Source: Candidatus Wukongarchaeum yapensis (GTDB lineage Archaea > Asgardarchaeota > Wukongarchaeia > Wukongarchaeales > Wukongarchaeaceae). Taken from it: a DNA stretch of 6,440 bases. The notes below the pieces were generated by a model. It ran no database searches and was not told where the DNA came from. It saw only the letters and a program-made list of their open reading frames with translations. The translations under genes were made by a program, and so were the position numbers. This document shows, piece after piece, positions 1-5,829 of this stretch (position 1 is its first letter; every line of letters starts with the position of its first letter). Where the stretch lies: assembly GCA_016840425.1 (NCBI GenBank), contig JAEOSI010000133.1, forward strand, positions 1 through 6,440. Direction: 5' to 3'.

Positions 1-1191
1 AACACTCACCATGAGGGTTACTGGGGAAAATATGATTTCTAAAGCGTCTTTTACAGGTCTTTTAACCCTATAAAACACGTTGAGGCCTATTCTTGCTCCC
101 ACTAAAACCCCTTTTGAGCTCATGTCTTGGAAATGATAGCTTAAAGTTGAGGGGGCTACTTCTAGCTTTTGCAAGAGTTCTTGGCCTGTAACTCCTTTCT
201 GGATTGTAGCGAAACTTCCCCGGATGACTACGCTTTCTAAGATCTCTCTTTTTGTTTTACTAAAATTTAGTTTGCCTTCCACTATTTGTCGTGCTACGTC
301 GAAACCTAAAGCTCGGGCGGAAAAATCTACAATATCTTTATCTATCATGTCTTTTCCAAAATCGTGGGCTTGTCGCATACATTCACGGGCAATATAAAGG
401 GCTAATCCTGGTAATCCGAAGGAATGCTCGGCGATAAGGTTTAATGATTCTTCGGTGAAAGGCGTGATTTCAGCATCTTTTAACTCCTTGGTAAAGTTTT
501 CCATTCTTACAGAGTCCATTCGAGCCTTTAAGAGGCAGATGATCTCCTCCTTTTTCATCGGCCTGATCCATAAAACGTCTGCAAAAAATTCGTCCTTGAT
601 TTCTGGCATGTCTTGTAACATTAAAGCGTAGACAAGGGGAGAGAGAACACAAACAATGCAGAACGGTTTTTCTCCCACTTCTGCACGAATTTCTCTACAA
701 TATACGTCTAAACGTTCTAAAACCGCATCAGCATGATCGATTATTAAAATAGAAGTTTTAGAAAAGTCTGTGTCTACAAGCCATTGGTCGAATCCGTTCT
801 TAAAATCAGTTTTTTCGCCTTTATCAGGTTTCCCATTGTTATGGTTCAAAATCCAGGATTTAGCATCAATATAATCAGCCATATAGCCTGATTTTTCCAT
901 CTCTTCATTAAATAGACGAGCAGCATGTTTTAGGGCGATTGTTTTTCCCACATCTCCTGGACCTACTACTAAAAAGCCTGTGTTTGACTTAATACATCGG
1001 GCCATTTTTTCAACCACCGATATCAAGGGATCCTTTCTTTCGTAAAAGGAGTATTCATTTTTATCGGGCAAATTATCGCTGAAGGGATCTTCTGAAAACC
1101 CAAAGGCTGCGAAGGGCATTGTGGGAACTATTCCCTCTTCAAGCCCCCGTCTAATGGCTTCTTTTACAGCACGTTTAATATCTTGGGACAA
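1..1191 (-). CDS. AAA+ ATPase (ExeA/AAA_22-like) with C-terminal ArsR-type winged HTH; 3'-partial, at least 397 aa
   Basis: Hand translation of the minus strand gives an uninterrupted frame from TTG at 1191 to the window edge: MSQDIKRAVKEAIRRGLEEGIVPTMPFAAFGFSEDPFS...FLVVGPGDVGKT (Walker A, nt 940-963)...SILIIDHAD (Walker B region, nt 727-753)...IRPMKKEEIICLLKARM...FTEESLNLIAEHSFGLP (lid)...ELLQKLEVAPSTLSYHFQDMSSKGVLVGARIGLNVFYRV (wHTH, nt 64-180). The SD-like GGTGAGGT lies 7 nt upstream. It is absent from the ORF track, probably because there is no stop codon inside the window. Confidence 0.88.
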   Translation of the reverse strand, partial: MSQDIKRAVKEAIRRGLEEGIVPTMPFAAFGFSEDPFSDNLPDKNEYSFYERKDPLISVVEKMARCIKSNTGFLVVGPGDVGKTIALKHAARLFNEEMEKSGYMADYIDAKSWILNHNNGKPDKGEKTDFKNGFDQWLVDTDFSKTSILIIDHADAVLERLDVYCREIRAEVGEKPFCIVCVLSPLVYALMLQDMPEIKDEFFADVLWIRPMKKEEIICLLKARMDSVRMENFTKELKDAEITPFTEESLNLIAEHSFGLPGLALYIARECMRQAHDFGKDMIDKDIVDFSARALGFDVARQIVEGKLNFSKTKREILESVVIRGSFATIQKGVTGQELLQKLEVAPSTLSYHFQDMSSKGVLVGARIGLNVFYRVKRPVKDALEIIFSPVTLMVSV

Positions 1192-1198
1192 GGGAGAG

Positions 1199-1206
1199 AC
1201 CTCACC
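1199..1206 (-). promoter_or_regulatory. Ribosome-binding site of the AAA+-wHTH gene
   Basis: Minus strand reads GGTGAGGT, then 7 nt, then TTG at 1191. Confidence 0.8.
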
Positions 1207-1248
1207 GAAAGTAAAACTACTTCTTAGAATAAGTTGGAAAAGTTAAAC

Positions 1249-1263
1249 TATTTAAAAATTTCG
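1249..1263 (-). promoter_or_regulatory. Archaeal BRE-TATA promoter of the AAA+-wHTH gene
   Basis: Minus strand reads CGAAA-TT-TTTAAATA. The TATA box matches the TTTAWATA consensus and lies 58 nt upstream of the start codon. Confidence 0.65.
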
Positions 1264-1276
1264 AATTATTCGAAAT
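1258..1276. repeat. Perfect inverted repeat ATTTCGAA-N3-TTCGAAAT (candidate operator)
   Basis: Read directly from the sequence: 8-bp arms with a 3-bp spacer, containing two TTCGAA hexamers 9 bp apart. It overlaps the predicted BRE. The repeat is certain, but the operator role is inferred. Confidence 0.6.
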
Positions 1277-1389
1277 AATAAAAATATTGAAAAAACTCGA
1301 AAAACTTAACAAACAAAGATTAAACAAGAATAAAAAACAAAAAGGCGTTAAAACCAGAAAAAATGAAAAATAAACTCTTAAAGAATTTT

Positions 1390-1476
1390 AAAAAACAAAA
1401 AACACCCAAAAAACAAAAAATGTCTGGCCTAAATCCCTCTCAAAAATTTTTACAAACAAAAAAGAAATTAAAAAGG
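1390..1476 (-). terminator. Oligo-T terminator region downstream of the Clp1-family gene
   Basis: Multiple T5-T6 runs on the minus strand start just after the stop at 1477, including three TTTTTTG copies at 1396-1420. This is typical of archaeal intrinsic termination. Confidence 0.5.
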
Positions 1477-2796
1477 TCAAAATACGGTGGAAACTTTTCC
1501 AATTTCTTCTCCATTCTCAAGCAGTTGAACAGTTCCAAGCTGTATCAGGCTAACCTCTTTTGGATCTTCACGAGTGTAAAGTGTTAAGTTTCTTTTCTCA
1601 TAATCTATAGACTTTAAAATGCCAATACCTTTATACTCAAAATCCACACCAAAAAGTCCCACAAGTAAATTTTCTAAATCCTTTTCAGACGAAACAATTA
1701 CCTCCCTTCCCTCCGACACCTCATTAGCATGAAAAACTATTTCTGAAACATCGCCCATACGAACCTTATCCCTAACAACAATTAGTAAAACCTCTTCTGT
1801 CAACGCGGTATGCAAAATTTTTACGCTTAGCTTTTCTTCTAAAAAGCTAATGACCTCTCTGGATAAAGGCGCCCCAACACCCACATTAAATTGCGTTATA
1901 AGTGGGCATTTGTCCAATGAAAGCTTTACAATTTTACCGCCTAAAAGATGTTTTGCAAAAGACATCTTTCGAAGCTCTTTTCGCTCTTCCATCGATCTTG
2001 ATCTTACATTTTCTGAGGCAGGAACTCTTTCTATTTTTAAACCAAGAAGTTCCAAGGGTTCAAGAAGTGATTCCAACGCTTCACCCTTTGGTAAAGCAAC
2101 TATTAAATCAGGGGTGATAAGGGAGGCTTTTTGAAATTTAAGCTCTCTTGCGTGCATTCCCCTCACAAAACCTGTTGTATCTATTATTATCGCGTCACAG
2201 TTTTGGGAAATAACTGTATCGACCATCTTTTTTACGCCTACCATCACCCTGTGAAAAACCCGGTTAGGCGAGGTATGACCGATAAAGTAACCGTCTTTTA
2301 ACTTGATTTGTGAGAGGAACTTTGCAAAATTTCCTTTTTCAACCACTCCAAGAGCTATTACAGTTGGAGGTCCTATGTTGCTTTGCCCGATGTCGGCGTC
2401 AATAATTCCCACCCTAAAGTTTTGTTTAAGAAGAAGGTTTGTTTGATATATTACAAAAGTACTTTTACCCGAGTCTACGTCGCCAATGACCATCATCGTT
2501 GCAGGTTTCTTGTTCTTAAAAGATTTTACTTTGAGGGAAAACTCCTCTCCTACCTTTTTCCAGAGGGGAGAAATTGTAGATTTTTCAATAATGTTGATTT
2601 TTCCCCCAGTTCCCAGAACGATTTCCAGTTTAATTGGGGTTAAAGCTTCAATTGGCAGACTTTTAAATCTTTGCACAACAATTTGTTCGTTTAGGGAGAA
2701 AGGTGCACCAAATATCTCTGCGGTACCCTCAACTATTTGAGCCCTTGCAGCACCTTCAAGTACTAAGGTATGACCCTCAGTTACCTCTTGAAACAA
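1477..2796 (-). CDS. clp1: Clp1/Grc3/Nol9-family polynucleotide 5'-hydroxyl kinase
   Basis: 439 aa. It has the P-loop MVIGDVDSGKST, the family motif IIDADIGQSNIGPP, IIIDTTGFVRG and the lid RSRSMEERKELR. About 100 aa of N-terminal domain (VLEGAARAQIVEGTAEIFGA) precede the P-loop, and a beta-rich C-terminal domain follows (LLVGL...GIGILKSIDY). TTG start with GGTGA 6 nt upstream. Confidence 0.9.
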   Translation of the reverse strand: MFQEVTEGHTLVLEGAARAQIVEGTAEIFGAPFSLNEQIVVQRFKSLPIEALTPIKLEIVLGTGGKINIIEKSTISPLWKKVGEEFSLKVKSFKNKKPATMMVIGDVDSGKSTFVIYQTNLLLKQNFRVGIIDADIGQSNIGPPTVIALGVVEKGNFAKFLSQIKLKDGYFIGHTSPNRVFHRVMVGVKKMVDTVISQNCDAIIIDTTGFVRGMHARELKFQKASLITPDLIVALPKGEALESLLEPLELLGLKIERVPASENVRSRSMEERKELRKMSFAKHLLGGKIVKLSLDKCPLITQFNVGVGAPLSREVISFLEEKLSVKILHTALTEEVLLIVVRDKVRMGDVSEIVFHANEVSEGREVIVSSEKDLENLLVGLFGVDFEYKGIGILKSIDYEKRNLTLYTREDPKEVSLIQLGTVQLLENGEEIGKVSTVF

Positions 2797-2802
2797 ATAA
2801 AA

Positions 2803-2807
2803 TCACC
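2803..2807 (-). promoter_or_regulatory. Ribosome-binding site of the Clp1-family gene
   Basis: Minus strand reads GGTGA-TTTTAT-TTG(2796). Confidence 0.7.
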
Positions 2808-2987
2808 GACTTTATCTAAAAAATTACCATCATTTCTGTTTTTCCTTTTGCTAGCTTTTATTTTTTATTAAGCGAGAATTGCTTCCAATCGAATAACCCA
2901 AGCTTTATCTTTCAGAACTTTAATGGGGGAATAAAGAAATAACAATGCGTAAACTTGGGGAATAGAAAAGAGATAGAGGATAAAAAT

Positions 2988-3506
2988 TCAAGGGTTATAC
3001 TTCATTAGCGTGGAGGATTTCTCCTTTTTGATCTTCTCTAAAGCCTCTTTCAAAGCTTTACGAACATCTTCGTCTTTATCCTTTAGAGCTTTTATAAGGG
3101 GTTCTACCGTCCTTTTATCCCCTATCTCTCCAAGAGTCCTTACTACTCCCCAGCGAACACCGTTATTTCCATCCTTTAAAGCTTCTATTAGGGCTTCTAC
3201 AGCCCTAGAATCCTCTATCCGTCCAAGGGCTCCTGCTGCTGCCCATCGAACACGCCAATCTTCATCTTTTAAAGCATGAATGAGAGGGGCAACAGCCCTA
3301 GAATCCCAAAGCCATCCAAGAGCCTTTGCAACCTTACCTCGAATATCCCTATCTTCATCCTTTAAAGCTTCTATAAGGAGTTCTACTGCCCAAGAATCAT
3401 CTATCTCAGCAAGAGCCTCTACTGCCTTCTTTCGGATATTCTTATTTTTATTCTTCAAATCCTTTATCAAGCTTTCAACATCTTTTTCAGCTTTCATTTT
3501 CTCCAC
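2988..3506 (-). CDS. HEAT-repeat (PBS lyase HEAT-like) protein
   Basis: Five 31-aa repeats with consensus V-x-x-LI-x-ALKD-x-D-x-x-VR-x-x-A-x-x-ALG-x-I-x-D-x-R-A. The start is either GTG at 3506 or ATG at 3497. An in-frame TAG at 3525-3527 limits upstream extension. Confidence 0.9.
   Translation of the reverse strand: MEKMKAEKDVESLIKDLKNKNKNIRKKAVEALAEIDDSWAVELLIEALKDEDRDIRGKVAKALGWLWDSRAVAPLIHALKDEDWRVRWAAAGALGRIEDSRAVEALIEALKDGNNGVRWGVVRTLGEIGDKRTVEPLIKALKDKDEDVRKALKEALEKIKKEKSSTLMKYNP
3020..3480 (-). repeat. 93-bp-period degenerate tandem repeat encoding the HEAT units
   Basis: TTTA(A/G)AGC recurs at 3082, 3175, 3268 and 3361, exactly 93 nt apart. The flanks are also similar (for example, TACAGCCCTAGAATC, AACAGCCCTAGAATC and TACTGCCCAAGAATC). 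The boundaries are approximate. Confidence 0.8.
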
Positions 3507-3559
3507 ATCAAGCTTGAATAAATCCTATATGGACTTCTCCCTGTAGAAGGTATAAATAC

Positions 3560-3580
3560 AAAAGGGTTAAAAGGTAAAAA
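3560..3580 (-). terminator. Possible oligo-T terminator after the dehydrogenase
   Basis: Minus strand reads TTTTTACCTTTTAACCCTTTT, about 40-60 nt after the stop at 3619. Confidence 0.4.
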
Positions 3581-3618
3581 TTAGATGAGCGAGGATTTAT
3601 TCTTTGATTTCATATAAA

Positions 3619-4650
3619 TTATCTGAAAGGTTCGATTATTACTTTGAGGGAGTCTTCGGCTTTTGCAACGAGTTTGAAGCCTAGACCTGCTTCTGCTAAA
3701 CTTAATCTGTGTGTGATCATGTCATTAACTTTCACTCTGCCAGCTCTGATTAGTTCTATTGAGGTTGTGATGTCAACGGGGCTGGCGCCGTATGAGGTTG
3801 TTAACGTAATTTCTTTTCTCCACATATCGTTAAGGGGTACTGGAACTTTAACACCGGGTTCAGGTACGGCAAAAAACAGGATTGTGCCTCCTCTATCTAT
3901 TGATTGTAATGCGGTAGTTGTAGCTGGAAGGGCTGCCGTGCACACTAATACTTTATCGGCAAGCCTGTTATCGTTTACTTCTCGGATGCGTTCAGGCACA
4001 TTTAATTCCTGTTTTGCGTCGATGATCTCGTTTGCTCCAAAATTTTTAGCTGCTTTTAGACGATATTCGTTAACGTCAGATGCTATAATTTTTGTTGCAC
4101 CGAGTGTGTGGGCTAGTTGTATGTGTAGGATGCCGGAGATGCCGCTTCCTATGACGAAAACGGTGTCGCCTGGTTTTATCTGTGCTGCTCTTTGTCCACG
4201 CACACAACAAGCTAATGGTTCGATGAAAGTTCCATCCTCATAAGACATATCATTCGGTAGGAGATACACGCCTCGGTCTACGTTTATTCGGGGCACCCTG
4301 ATGTACTCAGCGAAACCGCCAGGGTCAAAGTTAGTTGTGTGTAAAGTCTCACACGCGGTGTGATGACCGCTTAGACAATAGCGGCAAGTATTGCACGGCA
4401 CGTGATGGGATACGAAGACCCTGTCACCAACTTTGTAATGCTTAACACCTTCTCCGACTTCAACAATCTCCCCCGTCATTTCATGACCAAGCACTCTGGG
4501 TGCCGTTTTTACCCGGTACCATTCCATGACATCGCTGCCGCAAATACCGCAAGCCATCGCTTTTACCAGTAGTTCTCCCAGGCCGGTTTTTGGTTTCGGC
4601 ATCTCCTCTAGTCTTACATCGTTATTATTGTAGTACATTGCTACGCGCAC
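3619..4650 (-). CDS. Zn-dependent medium-chain dehydrogenase (sorbitol/threonine dehydrogenase-like MDR), probably NAD-dependent
   Basis: Catalytic Zn motifs GICGSD and GHE, structural Zn motif CNTCRYCLSGHHTAC, EPLAC, and a Rossmann GSGISG followed by ASD (the Asp suggests NAD over NADP). The likely start is GTG at 4650 (MRVAMYYNNNDVRLEEM, 343 aa), 8 nt after the SD AGAGGAG at 4659-4665. The listed start at 4722 adds AT-rich intergenic sequence. Confidence 0.9.
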   Translation of the reverse strand: MRVAMYYNNNDVRLEEMPKPKTGLGELLVKAMACGICGSDVMEWYRVKTAPRVLGHEMTGEIVEVGEGVKHYKVGDRVFVSHHVPCNTCRYCLSGHHTACETLHTTNFDPGGFAEYIRVPRINVDRGVYLLPNDMSYEDGTFIEPLACCVRGQRAAQIKPGDTVFVIGSGISGILHIQLAHTLGATKIIASDVNEYRLKAAKNFGANEIIDAKQELNVPERIREVNDNRLADKVLVCTAALPATTTALQSIDRGGTILFFAVPEPGVKVPVPLNDMWRKEITLTTSYGASPVDITTSIELIRAGRVKVNDMITHRLSLAEAGLGFKLVAKAEDSLKVIIEPFR

Positions 4651-4727
4651 AATGAACTCTCCTCTAGCATGTTTAAAAAAAGAGATTTTATTGTGGTTTA
4701 AAAGTTTAAAAGATTTATACAAGTTAC

Positions 4728-5519
4728 CTATTTTTCTTGGCTTTTTAGGCTTTTTAACAGTTCAAGGGCTTCGTCTGGTGTGTAGTTCTCTTGGACTATG
4801 GAGCGGACAGCTTGAATCATTGCTGCGGGTGTTTCGGATTGAAAGATGTTTCTTCCCATGTCTACGCCCATTGCACCTGCTTGAACAGCGTTATAGGCGA
4901 GTTTTAATGCATCAGGCTCTGGTATTTTTTTGCCACCCGCAATAACTATGGGAACAGGGCACCCTTCCACCACTTTTTCAAAGTCTTCGCAGTAATAGGT
5001 TTTCACCATGTGTGCTCCAAGTTCTGCGGCGATACGAGTGGCCAAACCAAGATAACGGGTGTCACGCACCATCTCCCTACCCACAGCTGTGACCGCTAAA
5101 ACAGGAATACCATACTCTTCGCCCTGATTAACCAGTTCTGATAGACTTAATAATGTTTGTCTCTCGTTGGGAGCACCTACAAATATTGAAAGAGCTACCG
5201 CAGAAGCGTTTAGACGGATAGCTTCTTTCATCGAAGTAGTGATTCCCTCATTGGACAAATCCTCTTTAAGTACACTAGTTCCGCCAGATACTCTGAGCAC
5301 GATTGGCTTTGAGATGCCCGTATCTACCGAGGTGCGTAAAACGCCTCGGGTGATCATCACAGCATCAGCATATGAAACCAGTGGCGCAATCGTTTCTCCA
5401 GGTTTTCGCAATCCGGTTGTAGGTCCTTGAAAATACCCATGATCCACAGCAAGCATTACAGTATGGCCTGTTTTTGGATTAATTATTCTTGACATACGAT
5501 TCTTCATTCCCCAATCCAT
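4728..5519 (-). CDS. lsrF: LsrF-like 3-hydroxy-5-phosphonooxypentane-2,4-dione thiolase (DhnA-type class I aldolase fold)
   Basis: It closely matches E. coli LsrF as I recall it: DWGMKNRMSRIINPKTGHTVMLAVDHGYFQGPTTGL, ATRIAAELGAHMVKTYY (catalytic Lys), GCPVPIVIAGGKK and GVDMGRNIFQS. It lacks the roughly 30-aa N-terminal extension of the enterobacterial protein. The SD AGGTGGT is at 5528-5534. Confidence 0.88.
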   Translation of the reverse strand: MDWGMKNRMSRIINPKTGHTVMLAVDHGYFQGPTTGLRKPGETIAPLVSYADAVMITRGVLRTSVDTGISKPIVLRVSGGTSVLKEDLSNEGITTSMKEAIRLNASAVALSIFVGAPNERQTLLSLSELVNQGEEYGIPVLAVTAVGREMVRDTRYLGLATRIAAELGAHMVKTYYCEDFEKVVEGCPVPIVIAGGKKIPEPDALKLAYNAVQAGAMGVDMGRNIFQSETPAAMIQAVRSIVQENYTPDEALELLKSLKSQEK

Positions 5520-5548
5520 TTTAGAATACCACCTTTTTGTTTAATATC

Positions 5549-5761
5549 TTATTTTTCAGGTCTAACTATCAAATATCCTTTATCGATAAGCCAGTGATGA
5601 AATTGATAAGTCGTATATTTACACGCGGTTTTACAAATATTTCTGATTCTTTCGTACTCTTCAGAACCTTCTTCCTGGGCGTCCAAATCTAACTGAACCG
5701 GACATTTTACATCTTTACAAAACTCTCTTCTTTGATAATCCACGTAACCCGGAATTGACAT
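5549..5761 (-). CDS. Small hypothetical Cys/His protein (70 aa), putative metal-binding
   Basis: MSIPGYVDYQRREFCKDVKCP...ICKTACKYTTYQFHHWLIDKGYLIVRPEK, with C15-x4-C20, C43-x3-C47 and H55/H56. It is co-oriented with lsrF and ends 29 nt before it. It follows a BRE-TATA element. ATG at 5761 is preferred over GTG at 5773. Confidence 0.75.
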   Translation of the reverse strand: MSIPGYVDYQRREFCKDVKCPVQLDLDAQEEGSEEYERIRNICKTACKYTTYQFHHWLIDKGYLIVRPEK

Positions 5762-5814
5762 AGTACATCCCACATCTAAACTGGCTTTTTATCGTTTTTT
5801 CTAAGGTAATTTTA

Positions 5815-5829
5815 TTATAAAACTTTCCG
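5815..5829 (-). promoter_or_regulatory. Archaeal BRE-TATA promoter for the Cys protein-lsrF(-MDR) unit
   Basis: Minus strand reads CGGAAAG-TTTTATAA, 54 nt upstream of ATG 5761. Confidence 0.65.

Noticed and set aside
470-652. 60-aa minus-strand ORF
   Set aside because: It is an out-of-frame ORF inside the longer AAA+-wHTH frame, which carries the recognisable motifs.
1-1191. TnsC/TniB of a Tn7-like or CRISPR-associated transposon
   Set aside because: No transposase, terminal repeats, cas genes or CRISPR array are visible, and the catalytic motifs look degenerate. It cannot be fully excluded without the left flank.
1210-1476. Replication origin next to a Cdc6-like gene
   Set aside because: There are no repeated ORB elements with G-strings. 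Only a single weak GTTGGAAA is present at 1233-1240, and the ATPase is not a canonical Orc1/Cdc6.
1363-1587. 74-aa Lys-rich plus-strand ORF
   Set aside because: It is a by-product of the A-rich spacer, overlaps the 3' end of clp1 antisense and has no RBS.
1850-2740. Plus-strand ORFs 1850-2134, 1902-2117, 2383-2643 and 2486-2740
   Set aside because: They are antisense shadows of the Clp1-family gene with no motifs or translation signals.
2897-2959. CCCAAG...CTTGGG inverted pair between clp1 and the HEAT gene
   Set aside because: The arms are only 6 bp and 51 nt apart, which is expected by chance. There is no supportable ncRNA structure.
3010-3546. Plus-strand ORFs 3010-3279 and 3280-3546
   Set aside because: They are antisense shadows of the HEAT gene. 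Their internal repetition only mirrors the 93-bp repeat.
4651-4722. 24-aa N-terminal extension of the dehydrogenase in the ORF track
   Set aside because: It is AT-rich intergenic sequence. GTG at 4650 has a well-spaced SD and begins the typical MDR N-terminus.
3644-5430. Plus-strand ORFs 3644-4243 (199 aa), 4652-4945 and 5167-5430
   Set aside because: They are antisense to the well-supported MDR and LsrF genes and have no recognisable domains.
4728-5519. Evidence for AI-2 quorum sensing
   Set aside because: lsrF alone is insufficient. No luxS, lsrK, lsrG, lsrR or transporter genes are in the window.
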